A stretch of DNA of 64,000 bases from Octopus vulgaris (taxonomy: Eukaryota), in contig OX597831.1 in the NCBI GenBank assembly GCA_951406725.2, positions 43,214,001 through 43,278,000 of the forward strand. Direction: 5' to 3'. Shown here one piece after another: positions 39,042-52,748 of the stretch. The translations under genes and the position numbers were made by a program. Under the pieces are notes generated by a model. It was not told where the DNA came from and ran no database searches. It saw only the letters and a list, made by a program, of their open reading frames with translations. The stretch's first letter is position 1. Each line of letters starts with the position of its first letter.

Positions 39042-41244
39042 CTACCAGTCAATGACACAATATTTAAAAGTAACAGATATCTGCATCTTTGGTTGGAATG
39101 TAAAACAGTTTGTATAAATTATAAAGTTCCAAACACAATATAATAATAATAATAATAATGATAAACACTGCAGTTGGAGCAGCCTATAACAAATGCATAA
39201 ATAACAAGTATAAATATATGTATATAAATATTTTGTTTTTTACAAAAAGAACAAAAGTTGGCACAATTTTTATAAATAAATATATTTGTTTTCATAAACC
39301 TCAAGTTGTGTAAAAAAAAAAATACAAAAATTAAAATAAATTAAATTAAAAAAAAAACAACTAAGGTTCTTTGGAAGATCTCATGATAGTAATAAAAAAA
39401 AATGTTTGCTGTTCATGTCTAAATGCTCAATTCATTGTCTGACTGGAATTTAAGTTAGCATTAGACTAAGACGAATAAATAAATAAATATATTGTGGTGG
39501 TCATTAAATACAAGATATTTCTGGAAAAAATGATAATACATTGGTTTCAAATTTTGGCACAAGGCCAGCAATTTCGGGGGAGGTGGGTAAGTTGATTACA
39601 TTAACCCCAGTCCTCAACTAGAACTTATTTTATCGACCCCGAAAGGATGAAAGACAAAGTTAACCTCGGCGAAACTTGAACTAAGAACGTGAAGACAGAT
39701 GAAATGCCGCTATACATTTCACCTGGAGTGCTAACGATACCGCCAGGTTGCTGCCTTAAAAGTGGTAATAAATATATTGAGGAATAGTCTTGTTGAAAAC
39801 ACAAAAAAACCCACCTAAATGGAAGAGGAGCAATATTAAATTGACTGTGTGTAAATGTCAGAATAACCAGGAAATTGCCTCTCTAAAGTTGCAGTAAAAA
39901 GTGGAAGAGATCAATTTGTTAAAGACAGATAATTACAAGACACTGGTTTGTAATCCTCTCCTACACATTCTTAGAGTTTTGGCTTCCAAAGTCAGTAAAT
40001 AGTTATAGGAGTCTCCTTTTCTGAGATTCCAAATTCAAATCTAAGTTGATCTGTTTGAGTATTAGGTAAAAAAAAATGTCTAGAAATTAGTTACATCTGA
40101 CTGTCAAACATGCAGGAAATTTCACAACCTGTCTTCCAAGAAGCCAAAATCCTGGACATTATTGCCTTAACAAGCAAATTATTCCTGTATGTCTGAGAGG
40201 CTGTCAATGATTATGGCCTCTCATCAACAACATGAGATCAAGTTTGCAACCGCTACTAAATAAAGAAAACATTTCAAACTGAGAATTATACAATCTGTAA
40301 TGTTAAAAATGACACAACAGATGTAAATTCAGTAAAAAAATATCAACAGAAAAAATAAAGAAACGATAAAAAAAAATATAAATAAATGGTACTTCTTGAG
40401 TACAAAATGGAAGAACTTGTTCTCTAAAATAGCTGTAGAATATTTAGTGTTGTAATTGTTCATTTGTTTTACGGCTATTTTCCCATGCTAGCATGGATTG
40501 GATGAATACATCAAACATATATTGTTTCCTTATAACATTATTCAAGTAGACAGTCCACTCACATACGTATTGTTTGTTTTTTTTTTTTTTAACCAACAAT
40601 ATAAATTTCAAAACCGAAAAAGAAAAAATCAAAAATTAAACACTATACAAAACAGACGTACTACTTAGTGTGAAGCTGACAGCAGACTGAAGTTATAGTG
40701 ATGTCTAGAACACAGCAGTGATTAAATGTTTTAAAATTGTCCAAAACATTTACTAACAGATGATGTGAAGTTGCTCTCAGTCTAATGTAACAGCAACGAG
40801 TAACAGAACTACAGTTTTAGAGCAACTAAAGCAGTATTCCTGGCTGACTGGATTTAATGTTTAATAGCATAGCACCTACACCCACATACAAAAGATCTTG
40901 TGTTTTTTATTACTAAGAGCTGTGAGTTTAAACCCTAATTTATGAAGGTTTTTTTTTTGTTGCACAAGAAGCTACGATATTTAAAGAATCTAGGAAGCAA
41001 GAACAAAACATGCTTCTGGAAATGTAGTTAATTTATTAATTAATTGGTAAAAAGAGATTAGGGAAACAATGTTAGTTTTATTTAACACTACCTTAGGTTT
41101 CATCAAAACCTATTATTAAAATAACTAATAACAGGTACTTTGCTAAAAAAAAAAAAAAGAAGAAAATTTTAGATGCTCCACATCGCAAACAAAGAGAATC
41201 CCAGACCCTGCCCTTTCCCCTAAGACTAGCAGCTGGAATTAGTG

Positions 41245-41530
41245 TTACTTAAACTTAGTGTAGTAAACAGCAGCTGCTGCCACAGACAGGGAGACAAAGC
41301 CAAGGAAGAAAATTGAACGAGACTTCCACTGGGCTTTTGAGGCACGTAACAGACGGACAATACGCTCCACTTGTTCTTGTGTGTACTCACGACTGCTGCT
41401 ATTGTCAACGATGAATGTGGCTAGATCACTTTTTTTGAACAAGTTCATCTGAATCTTAATCCGAGACATGGCTTCCATTTCTGTAATTTCACCTAGTTTC
41501 AGGAGCCGTTCAACCTGCTGGTTTTCAGTG
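41245..41530 (-). CDS. DCAKD: Dephospho-CoA kinase domain protein, coding exon 4 (lid, C-terminal hydrophobic anchor, stop)
   Basis: QQVERLL...EAMSRIKIQM...K...ATFIVDNS; hydrophobic tail IFFLGFVSLSVAAAAVYY; TTTCAG acceptor, phase 2. Confidence 0.88.
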
Positions 41531-41682
41531 CTGAAATGGTTAGAGAAGATAGAGTTACACATGCTGCAACCACTTCTGACAGTAACTTATTCAGGCAGAA
41601 GTAATAATAAACCCAATCATAAACAAGCACACACAGACACATATACACACGAACCCAAGCACATGCTAACACAAACTCAAAC

Positions 41683-41927
41683 CTGCATACTGACAGCTAG
41701 GCACAAATGCATACTAACAGCTGGGCTCAAATGCACAATAACAGCCAGGCTCAAATGCATACTAAGAGCTAGGCTCAAATGCACACTAACAGCCAAGCTC
41801 AAATGCATACTAACAGCCAGGCTCAAATGCATACTAACAGCCGGGCTCAAATGTATACTAACAGCCAGGCTCAAATGCATACTAACAGCTAGGCTCAAAT
41901 GCATACTAACATTTGGGCTCAAATATG
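41683..41927. repeat. 24-bp minisatellite (~10 units) in the last DCAKD intron
   Basis: GGCTCAAATGCATACTAACAGCYR repeated. Confidence 0.9.
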
Positions 41928-42593
41928 CATTAAAAGACTCAAACACACTAACATGGTTAGTTAAAGCTCAGATGAAAAAATCTTTTGACATGTATTAATT
42001 ATACAGTTGTTGATGTTGTTTAACCCCAGGTCAGCTCTGACTAAATAGAATAATGATGAAAGCATTCCAGTCAGGATTATCCCATCTTTTTTTTATATTT
42101 AAATACATTATATTGTTCAATATGTCCTGTTTTTGTGTGATTTAAAGGGATTTGGCTACTAATTCTAACAGGTCAAGAGACTGAGTAAAGGATATCTTAT
42201 TAGTTCAAGTCACACTGTCGCTCAGGACTGGCAGAATAAATGTGAAGACAAAATATGTTAATCACTGACCACAAGGTTTTGAAATCAAACAGTGAGCCAA
42301 TTAGAAGATAAGCATAATCTACATATACCAAAATTTGAAAGATTGTTGCAAGAATGGACTTTATTACTGAAGTTATCAACCTCAGATATAGTTATATCTG
42401 GGCTGATGATTTTAACCAAACCCAACTATCTTAAAGAAAAAGTGGATTTGAAGACTTCAATTGATTTTGGAAATGGTCAACCAGATTTAAGGTACATGAT
42501 GAAATAAGAAAATGGGACACTATCAACACAATCTGAGCAAACTCAGAAGTGGCCGATGAACTGGTCCAAGAACATAATGTTACAGCTGATTAA

Positions 42594-42819
42594 CCCTTGT
42601 GTTACCATATTTCTGTTGAGATGCTCTGTGTTTTTTTTTTTCAATTAGTTATAAACCTAACAACGAATTTAGTAAAATAACTTAGTTATCATTAAGCTAG
42701 TGTTAGGAACATGAATTGTGACTAAGGTTTGGTGGAAGATTTTAATTCAGAACTTTTGAAAACAAGACATTTGTACTACTGAGCCAGAGGCAGTCTCATG
42801 TGGGTCGGAGCCAAAAGGG
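42594..42819. mobile_element. piggyBac-type MITE
   Basis: TTAA|CCCTT ... AAGGG|TTAA. Confidence 0.65.
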
Positions 42820-43864
42820 TTAACTAAACAATGTTAATGAAACTAGTTTTTTTCTGAAAACAGTTACCAACAAAAACATTTGCATGTTACAATGAAGTAA
42901 ACACAAGTGATTTCTAGCAGAACAAAGAACAATTGCTAGTCCATATACGTGTGCAAATGCATCTGGCCAATACAGTACGGAACTTTTTCAAATGGCAAGT
43001 TTCATTTCCTTGAAAGAAATAATGCATTTGCCATTATCTTATAAGGCACAAAATAATGTCAAGATGAATGCAAAAAAAAAACTCATTTAACTGATTTACT
43101 GTCTTGAAAGAATATGTCCGAATGGTTACGGGGGTGCACTTATGATCGTAAGATTATGATTCTGATTTTCAGAGCAGACACTACATTGTGTTCCTGAGCA
43201 AAACATTTCATATTGTTCCAGTCCGCTCAGTTGTATATGAATTCCAGCAATCGGTGAAGGAAAAGTTAACCCTGTGACAGACCAGCATTCTGTTTGGTGA
43301 AGGTGCACATGTGACACAATCTCAAATGCTTATATCTGAAGATTAACTCAGTTGTCATAGTGTATTAGTACCAAGGATTATAACAGACCATTTGTAGCTA
43401 AAATTTCCAAACATAATCTTCAGCTAGACACCAGCTCTTGTCGGTCTATCTAAGTTTCTTATCCTTCAATTCTATACCCTACTTTATTGAAGGGTCTAGT
43501 CTTGTGTGGATTTGATGATCATACCAGTGCTGTTGCCACATAAAAAGCACCCAGTACACTCTGTAAAGTGGTTGGCATTAGGAAGGGCATCCAAATGTTA
43601 AAACCCTATTGAAGCAGACATTACAACATAGCATAGCCCTCTGAAATATCTGTTCATATTGAACATTCCAACCTGTGCCAGCATGTAAATGGGAAAGCAA
43701 AAAGGGAAACAAAAGGAAAATGAAAAGGAAGACAAAAAGGGATGTTAAGTGATAATGATAATTCCCATTTACATCAACATTGAGAAAAATACTGTAAAAA
43801 CCCCAAAACAATGAAGGACATTATTAAGTGGCAAAGAGGGAAATCAAAATATGGGTTGCCTTAC

Positions 43865-43952
43865 CAGTTAACGACAATTGTGTATTTCATGTAGGACATC
43901 ATCATCTTACTTTCATATAACAATGGAATGTTAATTATAACAAATTGATGGC
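43865..43952 (-). CDS. DCAKD: DCAKD-like coding exon 3
   Basis: GHQFVIINIPLLYESKMMMSYMKYTIVVNC; TTCCAG acceptor, TG|GTAAGG donor, phase 1-2 (not in ORF track). Confidence 0.88.
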
Positions 43953-45145
43953 CTGGAATGAAAGGAGACATTCAAAGAAATTGTTAGATTGCAGAAACGA
44001 GGAAGAAATAATTCAAAAGTAACAAACAGGTGCAGGTATGGCCTTGTGGTTAAGAAGCTCGCTTAGCAATGAAATGGTTCTGGGTTCAGTCTCACTGCAT
44101 GGCACCTTGAGCCAAAACCTCATGAGTTGATTACAAAGACGGAAATCAAAAGAAGCCCGTTGTATATATACGCATATATCTATGTGTGTGTCTTTGCGCC
44201 TGTGTTTGTCCCCACCATCACTGCTTGACATTTGGTGTTGGTGTATTTACATCCCTAAGGAGACTGGTAGAATAAGCACTAGGCTAAGCCCTGGGGTCCA
44301 TTTGTTCAACTAAAACCCCCTCAAGGCAGTGCTCCGGCATGGCTACAGTCAAATGACTGAAACAAGTAAAAGAATAAAGAATATAGATGCAGGTATGGCT
44401 ATGTGGTTAAGAATTTCACTTAGCAACATGTTTTCAGGTTTGGTCCCACTGCACATCACCTTGGGCAAGTGTCTTCTACAATAGCCCCAGGCAAATCGAT
44501 GGAGTCTGTGTGGAAGTCCATTGTGTGTGTGTGTGTGTCCTGGATATGACCTTTAAACTACATCAGGTAGTGGGACTCTGCTTCAGGAGCTCCAGGGTTT
44601 TGAGGAGTGAGAAACCACCACTTACCCACTATTGTTCTCAGCTCTACTCTAACCCAGTGTAATAGCACTTGCCAGGGTCCCAGCTATGGGTCAATTAGTA
44701 TATTAGAGCTTATGTACCTGGATCCATAAGACACCTTTATGGTTCAATGAAAAATAAGGTGCTGCAGCTATACATTGTTGAGGGCAGACAGCAGTAAGAC
44801 ATTATGCTCATCCACTGCATCCATCTCCATCCCCAGTCATCATGACCTGGTCTTGCCACTGGATTGAAGATGGTCATGGATGAGATAATGAGGTTGACAG
44901 TGTGCAACCCTTGAAATAAAACCATCATGCATCAGTCATTCCTGAGGATGACTGAACAATCCTCATTGCTCCAATGGATAAACATTGTGTCAGTCTTCTC
45001 CTACCACTCGACAGCCAGTGTTGGTTTGTATACATTCCCAAAGCTTAGCAGTTCAGCAAAAGAAACCTTTATAGTTCAGAATAAGTACCAGATTTTTTTT
45101 AAAAATGTACTGGGATTAATTTGTTTGACTAAACCCTTCAAGGTG

Positions 45146-45397
45146 TGGAGGCGCGTGGCTTAGTGGTTAGGGTGTCAGCACCATGACCAGAAGATTGTGG
45201 TTTTGATTCCTGGACTGGGCAACGCATTGTGTTCTTGAGCAAAACACTTCATTTCACGTTGCTCCAGTCCACTCAGCTGGCAAAAATGAGTAACGCTGCG
45301 ATGGACTGGCGTCCTGTCCAGCTGGGGAACACATACGCCATAGAAACCGGGCCCATGAGCCTGGCTAGGCTTTAAAAGGGCGCATTTATTTTTTTAT
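45146..45397 (+). mobile_element. tRNA-derived SINE nested in a family B tail, 16-bp TSD
   Basis: TAAACCCTTCAAGGTG 45130-45145 / TAAACTCTTCAAGGTG 45398-45413. Confidence 0.8.
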
Positions 45398-47942
45398 TAA
45401 ACTCTTCAAGGTGGTGCCCCAGCATGGCCACCGTCAATGACTAGAACATGTAAAAGATAAAAGACAGGGTGGGAGAGGTATTTGTCACTTTGCGAATCAC
45501 TGATTTAAATGACTAATTCTTTTGGGTAAAAGAAAAAGAAGTCCAAACAACCCCAAAAAATTTAATCAAAATTAAACAAAATTAAAATTCTTTATTATAA
45601 GTTGTGTGCCATTGCAAAACTTTGGTGGATCAAGGTTTCAAAGAAGTATCACTGGTGCCCAATCTTGAGGTACAAGTTGTGAGAATTTTTAAAGAGGTTG
45701 GGAATACTTTGCAAAATTAGTGTCATACAACAATCAGTTTCGTTAGGAACTGCACACATTTTAAGGAAAGTATTACCTGTCTGAGGTCCTTGTTGTGACC
45801 TGACTGCTAACTAAATACTCCCATGCATTTTTCATCTACACTACATGACAAAGTAATAGTAATAGTCTCCAATTTAAGCAAAAGACGAGCAATTCTGAGA
45901 GAAGAGAGTGAGTTAATACCGTCATCTCCAGTACTTGACAGGTATTTTATTTTTAATAATCATAGAAAAATGGTTTTTGATTTAAGCACAAGGCCAGCAA
46001 ATTTGGAGGGAAGGGTTAGTTAATATTAAAAATCACAGTACTTGACTTTGATATTAAAAATTGATATTAATAAGCCCAATACTTCATTTTGACATGAAAC
46101 CCAGAGGGATGAAAGACAAAATTAATCCCATAGGTGAAGAAATACTCCAAGGTATTTCGTACAACATCCTAATGATTATGATAGCTTGCATGCAGCCTTT
46201 GACCCCACAGGAACTGAACTCAGAATGTAAAAATTTGGAAGAACTACCCCAAGACATTTCGTGTAATGATTCTGTCAGCTTGCTGCCACAACAACAGATG
46301 AAGACAAAAGTAAAACCTGGAACATTTTATATGCACAAACATTATTCATATTCAGTACATCCATTTCTAAAGATATAGGGCACACTTGTTTTGTGTTTTA
46401 GCTCCCATCACATGTGCTGTAATGCACAAGTAAGAATCTGTCAAGATGTAACACTGAACCAGATCCTATGCTATAATGCTGGCTGTGTCACCACACAAAG
46501 ACAACTGATGAGCACAATGGTTTCAGTCCCTTAAAACCATTCATCATGTCATCATCATCACGTTTGATGCCTGCTTTCCATGCAGGCATGGGTTGGACGG
46601 TTTGACATGGAGCCGGCTAGCAGGGAGCTGTCCAGACACCAACTGTCAGTTGTGGCATGGTTTCTATGGCTGGATGCCCTTCCTAATGCCAACCACTTTG
46701 ACACGCCTGTATCTGTAGAAGACAGTGAAAATAGCTAATAAAATCAAAACCAGCCAGACAACTGGGTGTTGCTGGTGGTTTGGAACAGCTGACTGGACAC
46801 TGAAATTGGTTTTGGAACAGTACTACTAGGCACTGAAGGCAAACACACATATGCACACGGCACGTAAAAAGTACCATTCAAGCGTGATCGCTATCAGCAT
46901 AACCTTACTGGCACTTGTGCCGGTGCCACATGAAAAAACATTCGAACAAGGTGGTTGCCAGTGCCACTGGACTGGCCCTTATACAGGTGGCATGTAAAAA
47001 ACATCATTTGAGTGTGGCCGCTGCCAGTACTGCCTGTCTGGCCCTCATGCCAATGGCACGTAAAAGCACCCACTACACTCTCAAGAGTGGTTGGCGTTAG
47101 GAAGGGCATCCAGCTGTAGAAACTCTGCCAGATCAGATTGGAGCCTAGTGCAGCCATCTGGTTCTCCAGTCCTCAGTCAAATTGTCCAACCCATGCTAGC
47201 ATGGAAAGAGGACGTTAAACGATGATGATGATGATGACGATGATGTAGAAATATACACTTAGAGACAGAGGGAGGGAGAGATAGAGAGATAGCATAATTA
47301 AATTATTGAACACACCTGACATAAATATTTTCCCCCTCTTCATATACAAAGGGAAATACACTTGCACATGTAAACAGAGAGAATAAGAGAAATATCAAAA
47401 TAAGAGAAACAATAAATGTCTGATGTCAGGTAGGTCAGCATCGAATCAGTGATGCCAAATAAGCAGCACCAAAACAGATATGCCAAAATGTCTTAAACCC
47501 TAATAAAATAGGTACTAACCCAAATAATTGCTTCAAACACAAGTACGAACCCTGAACTTTTGGGAGAAATAGTTAGCCAATTGAAACATTAAGTTGACCC
47601 AGTAACTTGACTGGAATTTAATTTATCAACCCTGAAAGAATGAAATGCAAAGCTGACCCTGTAATGAACTGGAATAATTACTGCAAGGCATTTTTTCTGA
47701 TGCTGTAACAATACTACCAATCCAATGACCTGGTGTTAAACTAAGTAATTCTTTCTAATTTTGACATAAAGCCAACAATTTCTTGGGGAAGGGGCACAAG
47801 AATAACATTGACTCCAGTAGTTGACTGGCAATTGTTTTATTGACATCTGAAAGTAAAGTCAACCTCGGTTGCATTTGAACACAGAATGTAAAGCTGAAAG
47901 AAGTACTAAACTAAATAGTACAAAGAAAACAAGAGTACTTAC

Positions 47943-48146
47943 CACAGATAAACAACCTTACGACTTTCCACATTATATGACTCCGGATCAGGGGCTGGAT
48001 CAACATGATAAAGAGCTGATTTTTTTCAGGTTTACTAAATGTAAGGTTGGCAATGTACCTGCGATTAAGTTCACCATTATCAAGAAAGGCTTCAGGTCCA
48101 AAATATTTCTTGATTTTTTTCCATCCAGCTCCTCCAGGTTTTAGAA
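47943..48146 (-). CDS. DCAKD: DCAKD-like coding exon 2
   Basis: LKPGGAGWKKIKKYFGPEAFLDNGELNRRYIANLTFS...PLIR; AG/GTAAGT boundaries, phase 1-1. Confidence 0.9.
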
Positions 48147-49959
48147 CTAAATATTGAAACAGAAAAAAATAGATTTTCAAATGACAAAAAGAAAAATATT
48201 AAAAAGAAATCGGTGAAATTTGATTATTTAATAATTACATAAGTAAATAAATTGCTTGAAATAATCCAGTTAAAATAGCTCAGTCTTTAGCATTGACACC
48301 AGGATATAAAACAGCTCCTGTCTAACTTTTCAACCCATGCCAGCATGGAAAACAGACATTAAATAATGATGATGATAAATGACCAAGCTTATAGAGGTAA
48401 CACAATTTGCAGAAAATACCAATTTTATTATTTTTGGCAGATGTTTAACATCATTATCAGAATAACAATAAAATTTAATTTCACAATTAAAGGATTAAGA
48501 AAAAAGGGTTGGACAGTTCAATATTCTGGAGTATCAACAATTCAGTGCATGTAATAAATGTAATTTATTATTACATTATATTGGTGTTTGTTATGTATCT
48601 AAAACACATGGACATGCAACCTACCAACACAGCAGTCATAGAATAAATTAACTATAAATAAGTAAAAAGCACACATATACATGAAACAAACACCAGCAAA
48701 AAAACACAAAACATCTATACACACACCCATACGAAACCAGGGAGTGCTGCCTGGGTAGGCAAGGTAGGCAGTGCCTACCCTGAATAAAATAGATTGATAG
48801 CAACATTTTTTCCTTTTCTGGCAAAATATGCACCTAATTCAATAAAATTATGAAGGTTACGCTGATTACTATGCATAAAATGTAAAATATTTAATTTTTT
48901 TGTAGATTAGGTAGGCATAATTCGCTCCTGCCTTTCAATCTCAGTATTAAAGCTACGCATAGTACCCAAGGTCAATAAGATGCCCTGTGCTGAATTGTCT
49001 ATGCACTGAATTGTCGTGTCATGCAATATTCTATTGTCTTGTAGGCAAGACAGAATGTTGTGTAAAGATACACAATTTATGAGAGACGAGCAAAACACCC
49101 CCTGCCCGTCCAATGGATGGTGCTGAATCATAGCTGCTGAATAAAAAGCAATCAGTGTTTTCTTTTCATTAAAAAATAATTAAGCATGTCTTTATTTCAA
49201 AAAAATTTTTGGTTTTGTTAAATGAAGTTAAGGCAAAAAGAAATAGTCTTTCCTTTCTTCATGCCAAGTTTGAAGAAAATATCTCTTTTGCATCTTACTT
49301 TTTTGGTCTCTTAAATGCATTTTGTGGCATTATTTCAAGCCAGCTGGCTTTTTTTTGTGCAAACTGCACATGCATTTTTCTCACATACACGTAGAATTGA
49401 TCGCAACAGCTGATGTACTTGCAAGTACAAATGCACGTTCCCACGGCTTTATCAATCACATTCTCACCTGGAATTGATTTTGTAATTTTTTCAAGACTTA
49501 TACATGCCCTGATACCATTGGTATCTACATACCAAATTTGAGCACAATCGGATCGAGGATGCCTGAGATCCTGGAAGACACACACACACAGAACGGATTT
49601 TATATAATAGATATTCAAGAGATGTATAAAGGAAATTTAAAAGCAATTAGTGTAAACGTTATTCTGTGGTATATATTTTGGTCAATCCTGAATGAGCAAA
49701 CCATCAAATAAAATGATGATGTTGCTGTGTAGCCCCAAGCCAGCTCTGATCAGACAGATTCATGGTATGCAGTTTGTCAGTCAAATAACTAAATGTGATC
49801 CCAACAAATGTATTATTCATGATTCAAAGACAGTGTTGTCATTGTTTAACCTCAGATCATCCCTAAGAGAGTTAGCAGGTTCAATGATCAAAGGCATTCC
49901 AGTTGTGGCTGTCTCATCTTTATTTTAGATACAGTTTAACTAGGATTATGTCACTGAGG

Positions 49960-51490
49960 AAAAGTGAAAAGTGTGAATAGAATGAATGATGGTGATGCAC
50001 TTGCTTTCACAGATCACAAGAAGAAAGAAGTATGGAAATTTTACTATGTTACTAGGAAAGGTTGCTGAATGTTGAGAATGCATGGAAGTGAGCAAATTTA
50101 TCCCATGTAGACACAGACAAACAGACCAGCTACTGAAGTAACAGCTGTATTTTTGAAAGCGTGATTAAGGCTATGAAAGTAAGTAAAGTAGTGGGCTAAC
50201 CAGAGATCACTACTAAGATATAGAAAATATCCAGTGAAGTACATCACAAGCTAGTCGCTCACATAATCAATCAGAGAGGAGAAACCTTATTATTAACAAC
50301 TGTAGAAGCATCAAATTATTGGACCAGGTTATGAAAATACAAATAGCTATAGCACAACAAATTAGGAAGAAAAGTAGCTTAGGTGAGATGCAGTTTGGAT
50401 TAATGTTCAGAGCACTACCAGTACTCTCTTCCTAGAGAGACAATTGAAGAAGTTTGTGGTTAAGAGTAAACCCACTATATTTAGAATATATTGATATGGA
50501 GAAGGCTTTTGATTGGGTACCAGACTTTGTGGTTTGGTAGTCACTAAGAAAAGGTGTACATGAATGGCTTGTGAGAGCCAATCAAGTCATCCACAAAGAT
50601 GCTGTCAGCAAAATGAGAGTTAGCAATGAGTTCAAAACGAATGCAGATAGGAGTCAATCAAGGCCAAGTTCTCAGCCCTCTCTTGTTTATTTCCAAGCCA
50701 TAAGAGAGGAGTTTATGCTTGGTCATCTATAAGAACATCTATATGCTGATGACCTGGTTCTTGGAGCTGAATTTGTCAAAGAATTGAAAAAGAAATTCCA
50801 AATGAAGAAGCAAAACCGAGAACTAAAAAGTCTCAAAGTAAACAAAGCAATGACAAAAGTTTTAAGCAGGAAAGAAGACAAGACTCTACTTATATCAGAG
50901 ATAAAGCTATACTGAATAAGCGATAAAAAGTATTACTCCCTATCAAATGTATACTGTGGGTGTACAAGAGATGCAGCAGAATCATAGGCAGGTTGACTGA
51001 GAAGAAAAACTGTACATAGGAGTAATTAACAGCAGGGATACCCATGAGATAAAGGCTTAAATGATTGGAAGATTTTCTATAAATAGTTGATAGCTATGAG
51101 ACCTAATTTACTGTGGAGATGGATATTCCCAAAGCAGTGGTAAAAGTTCAGGGGGTTATTATCTCAACTGGAAACGATGAGATTCTCTCTCTGAGAGAAT
51201 ACTCTGACATTGTGGTATAGTCTGATTTAATAAAAAAAAGTAATCTTGTGTGTTGAGCTGATAGTGCCATGGAAAGGCAACATGGAGTAGGCACATAAAA
51301 AGAAGGGCCTATAATATGAAGGACTTCAGTAGCTGTATGGGGCACAAGGATGATAGCTCATGGTACTACCTGTAGAAATGAGATGACAGTTTGTAACTAG
51401 ACCCACAATAAACAACATGGTTTGCATTAGACTTACAAAGGTGAGTGGAGCAGTGATTTGCAAACTCCAGAGGGAAGCAGAGAATGCATC
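49960..51490 (+). mobile_element. Heavily decayed RTE-like LINE reverse transcriptase relic
   Basis: Remnants DMEKAFDWVP (~50495), QG.VLSPLLF (~50660), LYADDL (~50740) among stops and frameshifts. Confidence 0.8.
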
Positions 51491-51668
51491 ATCATGGATA
51501 TAATGTGAAAGAAGAACCAAGGCTGACAGCAAAGAACACATCCTCAGTAAGTAGTAAAGCATCGTTACTTGGTTAAGTGGTTACAGCTACCCCAAGTTTT
51601 GTGTGGTGACTGCATGGATAATATGAGGAAACAAAGCATCAATACTGTCTGAATAAAACTGTCGACAG

Positions 51669-52071
51669 GGATCTATTCGGTTTGAACAGCAGTTTTTTCT
51701 AGCGGTGTCATATGAAATTGTCACCCATAATTATGACCCTAGTATCGATCTATTGCATTTCAATTTGTTTTAGGGTTAGGGGGAAGGGTATCTTTTTTTC
51801 TTCAGAAATGTAAATAAACTCAATCTGTTTCTTAAACGAGGGACATATTCATACGGCACAATGTTTTCACCTCAATAGACGTCATTGATTGGTTGAAATT
51901 GCAGAAATTGAAGAAAGAAAACAACAAATATCTTACAAACTATAGAATTTTCTCAATAAAACCAAGAGAAAATGATGTTTTATAAACACGTTCTACCAGT
52001 ATATGAAGTTTAAAAGTGTTTAGTTACGTGGAAATTATTTTTAAAAACTGCCGTTCAAACCAAAAAGATCC
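51669..52071. mobile_element. MITE with GG-terminal TIRs and 8-bp TSD (Merlin-like)
   Basis: TIR GGATCTwTTCGGTTTGAACrGCAGTTTTT; flanks GTCGACAG / GTCGAAAG. Confidence 0.75.
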
Positions 52072-52346
52072 GTCGAAAGATGCCAAAATTTTCATCCAAT
52101 TTGCACTGCAGGACAATGTTTACCGGCCAACAGACTATGAGGGTCCACTAGTGTAAGCTCTATGCAAAACATATCTGAAGAACAATAATGGCTCATGTCG
52201 TCTGAAAGAAAATGTCTATAAAGATGGGATGATCACAGCTAAAGTGCATTTGATCACAGGTTTATATTATGAGGCTGACCTTGAAACATACCTACAAAAA
52301 AGGCGTCTATGCAGTCATTCAAGTAGCTAGCAATAGCACCCAAGTC

Positions 52347-52748
52347 GGATCTTTTCGGTTTGAACGGCAGTTTTTTCTAGCGGTGTCATATGAAATTGTC
52401 ACCCATAATTATGACCCTAGTATCGATCTATTGCATTTCAATCTGTTTTAGGGTTAGGGGAAAGGGTATCTTTTTTTCTTCAGAAATGTAAATAAACCCA
52501 ATCTGTTTCTTAAACGAGGGACATATTCATACGGCACAATGTTTTCACCTCAATAAACGTCATTGATTGGTTGAAATTGCAGAAATTAAAGAAGAAAAAC
52601 AACAAATATCTTATAAACTATAGAATTTTCTCAATAAAGCCAAGAGAAAAAGATGTTTTATAAACACATTCTACCAGTATACGAAGTTTAAAAGTGTTTA
52701 GTTACGTGGAAATTATTTAAAAACCTGCTGTTCAAACCGAAAAGATCC
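52347..52748. mobile_element. Second copy of the same MITE, part of a tandem duplication
   Basis: Near-identical to 51669-52071 and followed by the same 275-bp flank. Confidence 0.85.

Noticed and set aside
41468-41998. 176-aa ORF with ARLKCILT repeats; superficially array-like
   Set aside because: Spacerless 24-bp minisatellite in an intron; not coding and not CRISPR
51770-51783. TTAGGG repeats as telomere relic
   Set aside because: Only two units, internal to a MITE
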